Shown: positions 22,697 to 36,179, counted from the first letter of the whole stretch. The stretch: 63,907 bases of DNA, filler included, from Choristocarpus tenellus KU-1152 (GCA_964200185.2; 11 parts of 11 records of this genome joined end to end with filler, not necessarily neighbours in it); one strand, 5' to 3'. A program made the numbers and translations. Notes: a model not told the origin generated them from the sequence alone.

Positions 22697-25600
22697 AATC
22701 CATCATGAATATATATATATATACATATATACATATGTATATATTTTAGTTAAANNNNNNNNNNNNNNNNNNNNNNNNNNNNNNNNNNNNNNNNNNNNTT
22801 AATTAATTAANNNNNNNNNNNNNNNNNNNNNNNNNNNNNNNNNNNNNNNNNNNNGATGCCCTGGTGTAGCCCCCCCCCCCCCCCCCCCCCCCAGATACTT
22901 TGAGTTAAATGCTTTGCACATGAAGAGAGCATGAAGATATGCAATACTTTCAAACAGCTTGATGGGAAAGGAGGACGCGTTCACACTACAACCTACCCTT
23001 CACCCTTGGGGTGTACTACATACTTATCTCCAACAACATTACAAAGGGGGTAAGAATATCATGAATTACACAGAGTTCCAAAAGATCTAAACATAGACTT
23101 GACAATCAACAACTTCCACCCCATCATGTAAACTGAAGGACATCATCATACAACTGGAGTGTGGCGATCTGAATAACACATCAAGACCATCAAGCAGCTT
23201 CACCATGCCCTGCACCAGCCCCCAATCTCGCATCAATCAAACCTCAAAAGTGGAAAATAGAGAACGAAATATTGGGAATGCAATACAAAAGGATCAATGG
23301 ATAAGGAAGGGTTCCCCTGGTCCTGACCAAAACCCAATGACAACAAAGAACAAAGAAGAAAAATATAATATATCACCTGAGAGGAGGAGGACTAATCGCC
23401 TGATTATAGCCTACGGATTGAGAGCAGCAATGGTAAGGAGGAGTAGGAGTGGTCAAGGAGGCTGCACAAGCAAGGTTAGTTAGCGAGAGGAGGAAGAGGG
23501 GGACGGAGGGAGGGTGATGGAGTAGGCAATTGGAGGGGTGGACGGGGGTGGCAGAGGGAGTCAGCCAATAGCCGAGAGTATGAGGATGGGGTGATTGATG
23601 TTGAAATGTGTTGAGTCATGCTCTCGAAACTTCATGGTTGTGATTAGATTGAAATGAAGACAGCAGCCTCTACACTACTTCTATGGCAAGGGAAATATTA
23701 AAATTGAAAGGAGGCACGTACAAGGAAGGAGTTCAGAGAAAAGGCGCCTTGGACTCCAAGACACTCGAAATTTTTTTGCCCTTGACTAATACACCTCTCG
23801 AGTTGAGGCAACTCCAAATGTCGATACGCTCCTTTAAGTGGTCAATGTTAGTCAGCCTTTTATCTTGAGCTTGTTTCACAATTGAATATACTACTTGCTG
23901 ACATTGCTGATTGAACTAGTGGATTAAGGGACGGTCTGGGGTGTAATCCTTCGCCAAGTGTTTGGTCATTATTGCACTCGCCTGATCTGTTGTCCTAGCT
24001 AGCTATGTAGCATCCACAATGACAGAGGAGAGTTTGGGATAGATATCGGCACTGTCACTCTTGCACCGCCATCTCACACCATCTTGTTGATGATACGCTG
24101 CACTTAGAGCCGAAAACGGCCAAGCCCGTTCACAACCTGCCAACCCTCCCTCTACCCAATATTATTCAACCATCCAAAGGTCAGGATGTGTCACGACATT
24201 GTCACTCGCTACTGTGGACTACGCTCAATAAGATACCATGATGTCGATTGACCGATCGTGCTAGTCATCAGCCAGTCACGCCTCACCCCAAAATCCCAAC
24301 TTCGTCTCCTCCAGCAGAACGTTCATGCTCCAAGAGAAGAGAGATCTGTGATCGGACATTCCCGACCACATACATCACCTCCAGGGAGGAAGAAATCACC
24401 TCAAACCCAAGGGATCAAGACCAGATGCACCAGGGATGCTGAAATCTCCATAAACGAGAGAGCAGGCAACAGGAGTGCAGATATTTACATGGGCCAGGGT
24501 ACAGGTAAAGGCAGTCGTGCTGTTGTGTTGAGTAGTGAAGGAGAAGAAGGAGTGTTGGCGAGAAGGTCACCAGCAATGCAATGGACTCAGCAAGAGGAGG
24601 ATCCAAATAGCAAGGGGTTTGTTGATATATACGGTCAATATACGGCACCCGATTGCGCGTCCAGTGATACGAGAGATGGTCCCGCACAGCTTGTTGGGGT
24701 TAGCATTCCTGAGGCACTCAAACCTCCAGATGAAGTGGATCTTGTGAGTAGCACTTTTGTTGAAGTTTCAGGGGGGCGGACATAGGTTAGGACACCTCAA
24801 TTGTCGAGTCTTGGATGCAACAGGTTTCTGTTGTAGCCTGTAGCCATGGTGGGGGAAACATTGCTGAATCAGGAACGTTCTAGAGGCTGTATGTGTGTGT
24901 CAAATACCATTTTCCCCATCCGATGCGTAGCGCTTGCTGTTCCAAGCAGTTTACCACACAACAGCATAGCACTCTCCAGTACGGGTCTCCAGTCCAGCAC
25001 AGCAGTTAGTTGCTTCGTGGACCTCAGGACAAGGGTGACATCTGGCCGAGCATACATTTGTTTTAAGTTGGCTAACACTTCGTAAATTGGATATGCTCGT
25101 TAACACGGATAGAGGCTTGGTAAATCTCCTTCGGGGTCCACTGCGTTCCGAACATGTGTATATCCTCCCCCTACCCTTGGACTCTCTACCGTCCCCTACC
25201 ACCAATGCCCTAGACCTGGTCACCAGTGTCCCATTCTTCTATTCCTTCCTCAAGGTCTTGGTGAAAAGATAGTACTTCTCACGTACGATTCTTTATAGCT
25301 CCAGACACGCGCCTCGATCCTCTCGCCCTTGACCCCACCATGCCCTGGAGGAATTCTTCACCTGCTCTCTTCATCGATACAAATACCCAGGGGCCCTCTG
25401 TCACTGTCCCGCCGAAACCTCCCACCTCCAGTACCAGCACCAGCCTGTAGGTGCGAGGGAGCATAAAACCCCGGCTTTTTCCGGGCACCATGCGCATTTA
25501 TTACAGGACGGTTTTGACCTCAACGAGGTCGTTTGCTTGAAACTCTTATGGCAAAACGGTTCTTGCCTGCAGGAGTATGATCGTAAGCCAATATGATGTG

Positions 25601-26817
25601 CGGTTCCACAAATTCTCAACGGTAGATCTGACATGACTGTGACTGCCTGACAAAGATGTGCTTCGAAACCATGAAGATATATAATAATATAGTGGTCCCA
25701 TGAAAGTAGGAGCATCCAAACAGGAGCTCATATTTGCCATTGAAATGTTCCGTCTCCTGCAGAGGGTGCGACTAGAGGGTTCACAGTCATTTACACTAAG
25801 GCGGTATAGAATATTCTACGAATCCTCTTGAGATTCATGACGCCTTTCACAACATTATAGCCTTCACCCTGCTCACCTTCCAGCCCTCTTTCCCCCAAGC
25901 GACATGAGTTGACACCCAACCCCACAAGGGTTGGTGTCGTTCCAGGAGCATACCAACACTCTTGCAGGATTTGTAATCCCCCAAGGCTGACCATAAAGCA
26001 ACTAGCTTCAACACACTCGATGAAAGCGGCAGGCCTGTCAAAGTACACCGATACGCCTGGCGTAAACACAATATCTCAGTACTTGGATGAATACTTCCCC
26101 ACCGACCAAAAGACGTCCTCAAGAAGGGAGAGTGACCAGGCAGGGGGAAATATATTGTTCTTGCCCGCCCGTGTGATTTGTGGCCGACCCTAACCCTAAA
26201 CTCAACAGTTTGCTGCAAACCACCACCGCCCATCATGTCCAGTCTCACAGACACAGAGAGACACATACACGAAAAACACCTTCCACAGCCGCCATCGCAC
26301 TACTGAAGTACCTGAGCACAAATCTCGGTATTGTAGCGCACCACCACGGATGTCTTACCTGTCCGCCCACCCACCCAACCAAACATCGATCCATCCATCC
26401 ATCCATCCATCCATCCCGGGGAAGGGGAGTCAAGCGTCAAGTAGCAGAGGGATTGGGGTTAGGGTGTATGCAGTGGGCCGCCGATTTGATCAGGAAATTG
26501 GAGATTACCGCGGACTAACTATGGGGGGCCTGTGGGTCTGTTTAAGGATATGATACACTGTACATTCAGGAGTGTAGAACCTACTAAAGTCCGCATGCTG
26601 TTGACGGTTCCTTCCACGGTCACACTCCGCTAAAGCAACAGATCCCTTGTACATCCATCAAGTCACCCCTTGCCAACACTCGAACAGTCTTGCCAGTGCC
26701 TCATCAAGAAAGATCCCGCGTTTCTTCTCTTGGAATACTGATACTTCCTTTGCTGCTGCTGTGGACGGAAGACGAGCAAGCTTCGGTGTTCTGCGCCGAT
26801 CCACAAAGGTAGCCAAT

Positions 26818-27002
26818 GACCCAAAGCATCTGGGGGTGGTGGAGGGTCTACACCAGGGTGTCCATCTGGACCAAAACCAGGAAAAGTGCACTTACATTAT
26901 CCATCCATCCGACGTATGCAACCAAATCACCCAAAAATTGCGACATGGAAAAAATTGGCCCCAAATGGACACCCGCCACAACCCCCCCAGATACTTTGAG
27001 CC
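26818..27002 (+). mobile_element. MITE family A, full copy, TSD CAAT (or AAT)
   Basis: GACCCAAAGCATCT...AGATACTTTGAGCC flanked by caat/caat. Confidence 0.92.
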
Positions 27003-27319
27003 CAATGAAAACAAAGTTGTTATTCATTAGTAGTTGTATTGTTGCAGGTCCAGTGATCCATAGGTCGAGGTGGGTGGGGGCCAGTCAACCACCAAGGTTG
27101 TGACCCTGGGATTAGAAACAATGAAGAAATCCACTTTTTGTCGCCCAGCCACTTGGGGATGTTGAGGAAGGCGATAGGAAACTCTGATCGTGATCGCGAG
27201 AAAGAATTTGAGACTTCATGTTTGAAGTGGTTAAAGTCGTTCCGGTCATTGTGGATTCCAATGAGGAGGAACAAAACGGAAAAGGTGAGCCAAACTTGGC
27301 AGAGCCTGCCCACAGGCCG

Positions 27320-28260
27320 ATTGCAGGTTAGTGCCTGGTTCAAGGTATTGGAATGGGAGGTCCACTTGATGGACACGAGTAGACGGGACAACAAGAAGAG
27401 CAGGAGGAGATTTCGATTGCCATTCGCGTTCTAGACGAAACTGTTGAGATGCAATGGGGCGCCACGCGATACACATGCACTACAGGTGAGTGACTTGTTG
27501 CAGGTCTGCGTCGGAGTGGGTGACGGTGGCTCAAACCAAACATGAACTTGTGGGAGGAGGAAGGTCCTCTTCCAAAACGTTTGCAAGGAGTATGGGTGCG
27601 TTGATGTTCATTTCCGTGTTTCGAAGGTGGCGGACTTGCTCTACCATTTTTAGGTTAGCTCAAAACCTCACAATTCGCATTTGCTATTTGGGGGGAACCA
27701 ATTAGATGTTACTCACGCATACAGAAAATGTTCAAATTTCTTCAGCGTTGCGGTCATTCCTCAACCTAGATTTTCTTAATGTCCACCTAGGTTCTGGTGG
27801 TCCTGCAGATCCTTGACAGAGGGGGCTGTTTAGACGATGTGCAGATATCCTCTGGTATTGCGGAGAACACACGTCAAGAATTCTTCCACTTTCTGGCAGG
27901 GATTTGGGAGAAGGAAATTAATAACACCTAGATCTTCATCCCCATCGATGATGACTTGAAGACGATTAAAGATACCTTCACCAAGTTAGGAGTTTTGTGG
28001 GTTCCACTGATGTGGCCCACATTCAAAACGCACCTAATACACATTCTACATATTACAGAAGGAGGTTGTCGGAGTATTGCATAACGAGGTCACTGTGGAC
28101 CACAGGACGTGCTATAATGGTGACAGAAAGGCAGGTTTGCAGGAGCCAACAATGACAAGCCCATCATTCACTTTGGTCGTTTTTGTATCAAAGAGAAATG
28201 AAGTTCACCGAGAAAGATGCCTCCATCATCGTTAACAGTGGGTATCACAAGGTGCCTAGT
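27320..28260 (+). pseudogene. PIF/Harbinger transposase (DDE_Tnp_4-like), decayed, probably intron-containing
   Basis: Ordered motifs across frameshifts: SAWFKVLE..RRRFRLPFAF; VLVVLQILDRGGCLDDVQISSGIAE..EFFH; FTKLG..GSTDVAHI; EVTVDH; GANNDKPII; VNSGYHK. GTGAGT donor near 27486 and AG acceptor near 27790. Confidence 0.82.
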
Positions 28261-28609
28261 AGCAAGTACTGATGTCTTGCATGAAATCCACCTGGCTTTG
28301 TCTAGGTCATCAAGTCGATTCCAGTGTCTTTCTGGTAGCTTAAGCCCAGCTCTCGCGTCANNNNNNNNNNNNNNNNNNNNNNNNNNNNNNNNNNNNNNNN
28401 NNNNTTAATTAATTAANNNNNNNNNNNNNNNNNNNNNNNNNNNNNNNNNNNNNNNNNNNNGTAAAATGTATACGTTGTGAAATGGTGTGTCTGAAATAGG
28501 ATATGGACAATTCCTAACAAACACGATAGCCAAAATTACATCAAAATCACAACATTGGATTGTGGCCCCCAAATGGACGCGGCTCTACCCTCTAAGATAC
28601 TTTGTCTCA

Positions 28610-28783
28610 GAGAACCTGCTGACATCATCAACCGGTAGGAGGCTCTTATAATGGAACTGATGAGCTTGGGAGGTTCCGTGACAGAGGAAGATCAAGTGGG
28701 TTGGCCACAAAATTCACTCGGCGAGGAGTATCTGGACATCTTGTCCCAGATAGATGATGAGGAGTCGGTAGAAGGGCGGATTA
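28610..28783 (+). mobile_element. Copia gag (UBN2-like) remnant
   Basis: EPADIINR*EALIMELMSLGGSVTEEDQVGWPQNSLGEEY resembles Copia gag L..lG..v.eed.v..lL.sL..eY. Confidence 0.6.
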
Positions 28784-29150
28784 TGTTCGATTAGTCTCTT
28801 CAAACTCTATCGGACAAGTTACGGTAAAATATGTATGGAGTAAAGGAACAATCAATTAGTGGTTGAGTTATCAGAACCTTTTACTGGTGATTAGTTGTAC
28901 GATAATATTTCTCATATAAAAGGAAATATTTCTGATTTTTATTGGGGTGTTCCATGCCCCACTTACCTTTAATCCATCACTCTACAGACACCAAGCAATC
29001 TCGCTAGGCTTATCACCTTTACCCTCTGTGATGATTTGGGAGGTAGTTTAACACAATATATTGAAACTTAGGTTTCTAAGAATGAATGCTGATTCATAGA
29101 AGATACAGAGTAAGATTCGTAATACGTACGTCACATCACAGAAGAAAGTG
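28784..29150 (+). mobile_element. Probable LTR beginning TGTTCGATTAG (end uncertain)
   Basis: The same start (tgttcgattag.ctctt..aactctat.ggaca.gttacggtaaaatatgtatgga) recurs at 39568-39622 with different flanks. Confidence 0.6.
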
Positions 29151-29170
29151 CCAAAGTTCCTAAGAAGTTT

Positions 29171-29428
29171 GAGTGAAAGTATCTTAGAGGGTACGAGTTC
29201 TGCCCTGTTTGTCCATTTGGGGCTTGGCTTCCCATGTTTTTTTTTATGACATTTTCCTACTCCAAAATGTTTCGGAGTAGGTAAAATGTATACGTTATGA
29301 AAATGTGTGTCCAGAACAAGGACATTGACTCTTCCTAACAAAACGATAGCCAAAATTACGTCAAATTCGCAACATTGGATTTTGGTCCCCAAATGGACGC
29401 GGCCCCACCCTCCAAGATACTTTGGCTC
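29171..29428 (+). mobile_element. MITE family B, full copy, no clean TSD
   Basis: Both ends are present. The flanks gttt / attc do not match. Confidence 0.92.
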
Positions 29429-29863
29429 ATTCTTGGGATGCTTCCCTAGCTCCCCCCCCCCGGGGCACAGGAGTAGGTAGATGGGAAGCTAAGGAAGACA
29501 CTAGTACAATATTTGATAGTGGTGAAGTAACAGATTAGTGGTTTCCACACTTACAATATTTTATAGTGTTCTTACGTTTAGGATATTTGATTTCTTTAGG
29601 GCTAATAACGACATATATATAGTTTTTCTTTGGTTTCCCCCCTGACACATCTGCAAAATATCAGAGGGTATTATAATAAAAACATACACATGTGTCGCAA
29701 ATGTAAAAGACATCTCTCTAAAATCTGCTCTTTGAATATCAGCTATATCACGACACTCCCCTAAAGCTTGGTGATTGCAATGTTATGTTACATTGCTACC
29801 ATTCCTCCAACCTAGCTTAGCCCTACATATGCGGGCGAGGAGCTAGGGAAATATCCCAAGAAT
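29429..29863. mobile_element. Small TIR element (about 25-bp TIR ATTCTTGGGAT.xTTCCCTAGCTCC) carrying a repeat also seen at 37600-37775
   Basis: 29429-29453 is the reverse complement of about 29839-29863. The interior atttctttagggct...tttccccctgacacatct.caaaat.tcagagg recurs in tandem at 37600-37775. Confidence 0.7.
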
Positions 29864-30019
29864 CTGACAGGCCCTTTATTTCTTATCTGCCTGGTGTCTC
29901 TAGCTTGAAACGTGTAACACATCTCGAGAGGGCCACTTGTGTAGTGACGGACAATAATTGTTGTAAGTGGGATTTGATGGCCCCTTTCGTGCTCTAAGCT
30001 CTCACCGCTCTCCCCCCCA

Positions 30020-30430
30020 CTACATGTGTAGCCAACTCACCACGAAAACTTCTGCTTGCTTACCAAGGCGCCCAAAACTTTCCACTGCGAAGGTGTAAAG
30101 GTTAAAACTACGAGGGACAAAATACTCCTCATAGTGGGTACGCTTTTGTGGTTCAACTGCAGCAACAGCTACACCATTGGTGGTGGATGAGTGTGGTAGA
30201 TGGGATGCCGCTTGCACTTCTGCAAACGCAACATCCAGGAGGAGGCCTTTATTCCAGTAGGGAGCTAATCCAGATCCACAAGTGCCCCAGCATGGAAGAC
30301 CATCTCCATGAGGAAATTTTGGTCAACTGTGAATGGGCTACCATCCTTCATCATGCAAGGGGTGCCCATTCCCTTGCAGAGTTGACCTAGACGCCTAACC
30401 ACCGGCGTGTGCTGATGTACCTGTCCCCCC
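30020..30430 (-). mobile_element. CRE-like non-LTR retrotransposon, restriction-like endonuclease domain remnant
   Basis: GGQVHQHTPVV...GSPFTVDQNFLMEMVF..NKGLLLDVAFAEVQAASHL...KRTHY...RSFNLYTFAVESFGRLGKQA matches RLE motifs (LLDV..AxxQA, K..HY, AVESFGRLG). Confidence 0.8.
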
Positions 30431-31197
30431 ACTTAGACCTCAAGTCCAATCTGCACTAAGTGTAGCTAACATAAACCTGGATGTAATATATTCAGCGTTA
30501 AAACATCCACAAAACCCTTCTTCATAAGGTGACAAGCCTCTAAGGAGTGAACTCCTGGCGGGAGCGAGCTTGTTCAAACCCAGCATTATCTCCCCACGCC
30601 CTGAGAGGGCTTGACAGAGCAAAACACATGGTCCCCTCATCCTTGTGGGCATGGGAAAGAAAGGAAGCCATTGAGTGGGAAGCCGATGGTGTCTACAAGA
30701 AGGGAGATATAGAGCAGGGGTGCTGTGGGGCTCCCACTGTTCTGTGTGATCCTGGTGGATGTAGTGTTGTATGTGGCATGGGGGATGGGGGGGGGGCAGG
30801 GTTCTGTGACTGGTGGGTCAGACAAGGGGCCCAGGTCTGACTCCGAGTCAGGGTCAAGGATGCTGAGAGTGAGTTGGGGTGTGGAGGGAAGGGGTGTCCA
30901 GGTCTGTGAGGTGAGGTGGGTGGGTGGTGTATATGTTCTGGCCTGGGATGGTGTTTGATGAGAAAAGGTGGATTTGGGCAATGTGGTTCGGAGTAGGTAA
31001 AATGTATACGTTATGAAAGGTGTGTCCGAAACANNNNNNNNNNNNNNNNNNNNNNNNNNNNNNNNNNNNNNNNNNNNTTAATTAATTAANNNNNNNNNNN
31101 NNNNNNNNNNNNNNNNNNNNNNNNNNNNNNNNNTGGGAAGCCAAGCCCCAAGTGGACAAACAGGGCAAAACTCGTACCCTCTAAGATACTTTCACTC

Positions 31198-31433
31198 ATT
31201 AGGCATACCGCTCCGTACCGCTCAACAAGAAGCTGAAGACTAGGGACTACCTCGTTGAAGTCCCTCTGCTCTCCAAGCACATGCAACATGCTTTGGCTTG
31301 GGTTGTGTTTCTCTCCCTTCCCCCCGCCCTTCGTCATTCCGGGTTCTAACAGCCCCCTTTCCCACAAAATTTGTCGCATCCCCTTAAGCTTTCCTTCATA
31401 GTCTTCTTTGGTGAGATGTGGGGCATAGAACGG
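31198..31433 (-). pseudogene. IS630/Tc1-related DDE transposase fragment interrupted by a family B MITE
   Basis: PFYAPHLTKEDYEGKLKGMRQILWERGLL...SMLHVLGEQRDFNEVVPSLQLLVERYGAVCLM, the segment that precedes PKFHCELNPIE in this family. Confidence 0.82.
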
Positions 31434-33039
31434 CTAATAAGACATTCTACACCCAGGTTTTCGCTTAGGCGTTTCCTGAGTGCAATGGCACGCAGTCACA
31501 CTGCTCTCTTCCCCAACCTTCCCTTCAGGCGGCCACTATGTTTCCTTCGCCCGCCATGACCAGGCTTCCCCACAGACTTTGTCACTGTACCACCTGGTGA
31601 TGGACTCGCCACTCTCTTCCTGTTTTCCCAAGGTGGCAGAAACTGCAGAGCAGTTCTCCGACGTGGTTTGGGGACCCAAGCACGTTTGTGTGGTAATGCT
31701 TTCAATGCATCTTCTCTCAGCGTCAGTGTCGTGACCGCATGGTCCATTTCGTGATTCGATCATGCTGCTGCGCCGCACTACTTGCACTTTGTCGTCACCT
31801 AACATTGCACTGAGTTTCACACGGTACTTGTTTTTTCGACTCCTCTTGACAGAGAAGGTGCTGAGGGTAGATCCAGAGGGCAGAGTGGCTTCGGTGGCTC
31901 TCCTTGTCTCACCGTCGCGGTTCATGTTGCTGCGTAAGTCACGTGTGTGTGTGCTCACAGAAAGTCTGCAAAAGGCTTCAAAATGATGTCGGGAAATCTT
32001 GAATTTTTTTTTGGTGGGGCCGCACCGATTAAACTTGGGCAGCAACCTACCCAGGACCAGTTTTGTGGAAGGAGTTCAACCAACCACTTCATTTTTATAT
32101 CTTTTGAAGTCGTGACCTTCAAAATTGCGCCGGAGATATCCCCCCGCGTTTCGGGCATTATTTGATCGGGACATAGCTCCCGTTCCCTGACGCTAATACA
32201 AGATCCACTACAACCTGCAAAAGTTCCTCCTGTCATACCCGTTCATTTGATAAGTATGTTGTATATATGTTGCGGCGACACGATGGAAAATTCAAGATTT
32301 CCACAGAGGGCGAAGCTACTGGTACCACCTTATGGATGTGTCGTCCAGGTAGCTTTGGGGTCCAAAGACTGATTGGACCTGTTGCGAGGCCTTGTATGTT
32401 GCCATGCAATATATGACGGGGTCCAGTTGGGGCCCAGATCTTGATGGTAGGGTATCTTCTGCTTTTCACTATTATTTGGAATTTGAAATGTTACACGAAC
32501 ACTATTATTAGTTTCTTTGAATCAAGAGGTTGGTGTTTTGGTCCAAGTTTGGTCAAACACTGTTGATCATTGGTTGTTGGATGCCGTGCGTTACGATTGT
32601 AGGGTTAGGGACTTGTTACAAAAATGTAGACATGCATGGGGGGAGAATTTTTCAACTACTTTTTTTGTCCTCTCTCTCACTCCTTACCGTAAACCTTAAC
32701 AGATCTTCGATGTCTGCTTCTCCTTTCCTCGGGAAAGATTAGATTCAGCCTCAAGTTGATCCTGTCAGAAAATATAACGTCAAACTACAAGGGCAGTATC
32801 AATCACCCCCACGCACAGCCCCTTCTGGGCACAAACATATTCTGTAACGGACTAGCAAGTAACTACGTCCCCCTGTGGCTGCATTCATATCGAGGAAGTT
32901 CTTTAGCTGGAGAAAGTGGACGGAAGAAGTTTAATTCTGGCTAGTACACCCCTGGTTGACGTGTGGAAGCAGCAAAGATAACACGGAAACCTGGTGCATC
33001 AAATCGATTGTAGAATCATCATCCTAGGTCATCTTCGAC

Positions 33040-33666
33040 ATGGGTGCAGAGGACCGTGAAGAAAATTCCCCTCTCAGCTGGTTAGCCCAGAAGAATCTCT
33101 CGCTGAGAGATGGAAAACGCCTAGTCTATGACAATGTAGAAGAGCACGTTCTCGAGGTGCAGAAGGCTAGGCGTCTCTTTGCGCAACACGGCGAAAGACA
33201 GGATTTCCGTAACCACATGAAAAGGAGAGGGAAGCGTGTCGTTCTAGAGAGCATCAGTGATGATCGCCTGTCTATCTTTGAGATGGACTGGAAGGGAGAG
33301 ATTCGTCGTGTCAGAGCTAGAAGCCTGTTGCAGGTGGGATCGATCTACCTCCTAATGAACGCGAAGGACAAGGAGTATATAGCGGCCTACGAGGTCGGAG
33401 AACAAGAGGAGCAGGTGGGTGATGATATTGATTGTCCTGGCGTGTTTGGTTACTACGTAGTCCTTCGAATCAGTCGTCGGTTGAAAGATTGCTATGCTGA
33501 TGACATTAGACAAGCTGGATATCTCTTTGAACACTTTCAGCTTCTTCCGCTGGTGTTGATGTGGATGCCTCGTGAAAAAGGGAGAATTGTCACTACAGTA
33601 GCATACTCAGAGTCGTACCTAAGAATATCATTGCAGCAAGAAATCTATCCTCGCGCCCGCAGATTG
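33040..33666 (+). CDS. Hypothetical protein, probable first exon (209 aa)
   Basis: Stop-free, charged, protein-like frame from ATG to a candidate TTG|GTGATG donor. The ORF tail beyond 33666 looks intronic. No family recognised. Confidence 0.55.
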
Positions 33667-35097
33667 GTGATGTGTCGCTGTTCATCCCTTTCGATTCCTG
33701 TGTTCGGGTCATGGTATGTCTTTAGAGTTTGTTTATGTTTATGTTTTCATAAGAATCATCTTGATGTTTTGCATCACGCCCAACAGATGCCCGCATGCCT
33801 TCTTTTGCCTGATGCCCTCCGTTGCTATGAATCACAACATCGTTTTTTGTATGCCACATGCCCCTGCTCCTCCTTGACTCCCTTGTTTCTCACCTTTGAC
33901 CTCCTGCCTGTTTGGTCTCCCACACATCCAGTATCTTATTGTAGGCCCAAACATGGCTTGCACACCATGGCTCTTGAATATTCCTCAGTTGCCAGCCTTA
34001 AAAAAGAATGACCGCAAAGGCTTTGGATGGGGCGCTATCTTTGGTTGGTTTGGTGGTGATAGGTGAGACACACCACCTGGGCTTTTTTTTTTCAGTTTCT
34101 CTATTGCCTGCTTTGTGTGTAGCGTCTGCTGGGGTTGCAGATGTTCGTTAGTGTCTCCATGCTGTCATTGCTTTGTGGTTTCCTTTTTGTGTGAATGCAT
34201 GTGTGTGTGTGTGTGCGTTTCTGATTGAGCTTGACTATGCAAGGGGCATTGAAAAATTCAATGGGTGTATGAAGGAGTCAATATCTTTGAGTACTAGCCT
34301 TGGTCCTGGTGTGTCCCTGGTGTACTTCATGTCTTGCTGCCAAGCATTTCCTTACCCCCACCCAAAGATAAGTTAGTAGAGTTTGTTTGTTGGTCTGCTT
34401 CATTCACGCAGTCAGGACTGCCAAACATGGTTTACTTTCGGGTTAGGTTTGGTTCAGTTCATAAAGCTATCTTTATACAGAGAGCTCATGAACAACTAGA
34501 TTTATCCAAGTTTGATCCTCACTAGGTGCTCAAGAGTTGTGGAGCTTTTTATTTTTATTTTTATTTTTTTATTTTTTTTTATCATACCTGAGGAATTACT
34601 GTCTGGGTAGAAATGAGGGGATAGTGACATCCCACCCCAAATTGACTCCTAATTTTTCAATGTAAGAAAGGCTGTAAGAAGAGGAACCCCCTTCCCCCTC
34701 TCCATTTCCCCACCTTTTATTGCTGTCCAACTCCCAAACTTGGTATTTGGTGGGTGCATATCCCGGCAGACGTGGGGAATCACATAGGGGCATGGGCAGT
34801 CACAGGGAAGAATGCCTGCCAAGTAATACAGACAGGATAGGCATGGGGATATGTTCCAACAATCTGGGGGATTCTCCCTACAGCGGGGGCAAAGAGGACA
34901 AGCAGGACGGNNNNNNNNNNNNNNNNNNNNNNNNNNNNNNNNNNNNNNNNNNNNTTAATTAATTAANNNNNNNNNNNNNNNNNNNNNNNNNNNNNNNNNN
35001 NNNNNNNNNNACCCCTCGAGAGGGCCCCCCTCACCCGCCCCCAAGGCCCCCCCCCCCCCTCCCCCCCCCCCCCCCCAAGATACTTTGACCCCACTGT

Positions 35098-35600
35098 CTA
35101 CTCCTCTAACGCCTCCTCCTCCTCCTCTTCTGGCAACTCAGAAACCTGTGGATCGTAGACGATGCCCCCCTCCATCCCCTCAAGTGGACCATCAGGAAGG
35201 TCCAGGCTCAGCATTTGTCGTCTTTTGAGCATCTTGTCAGCTAAGGCGAGCGTTACACCAGTTGTGTCCTTTTTTGGGACACCCCGGTTTCCGCTCCCAT
35301 TCATAAACTCAGGAGGTGGTCGTGTCACAAGATTGCATTGGTGATGCCCTACCTGGTTTCGTCTCGCACCACATTTGCGAATGTGTGAGAAACAACACCG
35401 GGTCACCTTATTGGCTTCGGTATTTCCTAAACCTCCAGCCAGGGACTCAGCATCAATCAAGTAAGAACAATTGTTACAGGTAAAAAGCGATGCCACACCA
35501 ACTTGTACCACATCAGAGGAAAGTCGCTTTTAGTATTCCACTTCCAAAATATCCAGTGAATACCCGAATAGAGAGACCAAGTATTTGTTGAACTATTTCT
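35098..35600 (-). pseudogene. Probable hAT transposase C-terminal dimerisation domain remnant
   Basis: Across a frameshift: IFWKWNTKSDFP/MVQVGVASLF..NCSYLIDAESLAGGL, resembling FWK....FP.L..vA...L...aSS...Er.FS.aG, followed by an acidic tail. Confidence 0.45.
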
Positions 35601-36179
35601 AAACCACTTGTGAATACAGCATGATGCATCTTGTGACATGCTCCACAGAGATGCAGGTTGAATACTTTGGTGTGATGTGCTGTTCCTGTACGGCATTCAG
35701 AGGAAGTGATACATGCTCGGTGTAGAGGCTTGTTGCCTTTTGAAGAATATTGTGGATGTATTAACTTTGTATTTATCCCATCCACCACATGGTGTGTAGA
35801 GGTACACTTAGCGCAGAGCGAATTCGTAGTCTAAGCGGGGGCAATGTTAATCAAAGAAAAATATAAACACACACCACATATTCTCTTGTGAGAAAATATA
35901 AGGAACTCTGTGTCTAATTCTAAGTCAATGCATGTTCGGTACATACATAGAGATCGTATGTGGAAGAATATCTGCTAAGCCCAGGAATCAACCTTTTCAT
36001 GTTCACATATACTATAACGGTAAGCCAAGCACATACCACATAGGGCGATATATGTGCGATCTAGCTGCTTACACACTGAGCAATCAGTACTAGTGGGTAA
36101 ATCAGTAGTCAACGCTACTTGGTAGTACTTGTACGGTTTATATGAGCTAAGAGAGGAGTAGCTTATGTTTTAAGAGATT

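Noticed and set aside
24258-24785. 175-aa plus-strand ORF
   Set aside because: No recognisable domain or splice context. More likely the antisense of decayed sequence.
33667-34011. C-terminal third of the 323-aa ORF
   Set aside because: Pyrimidine-rich, intron-like sequence after a candidate donor, so probably read-through.
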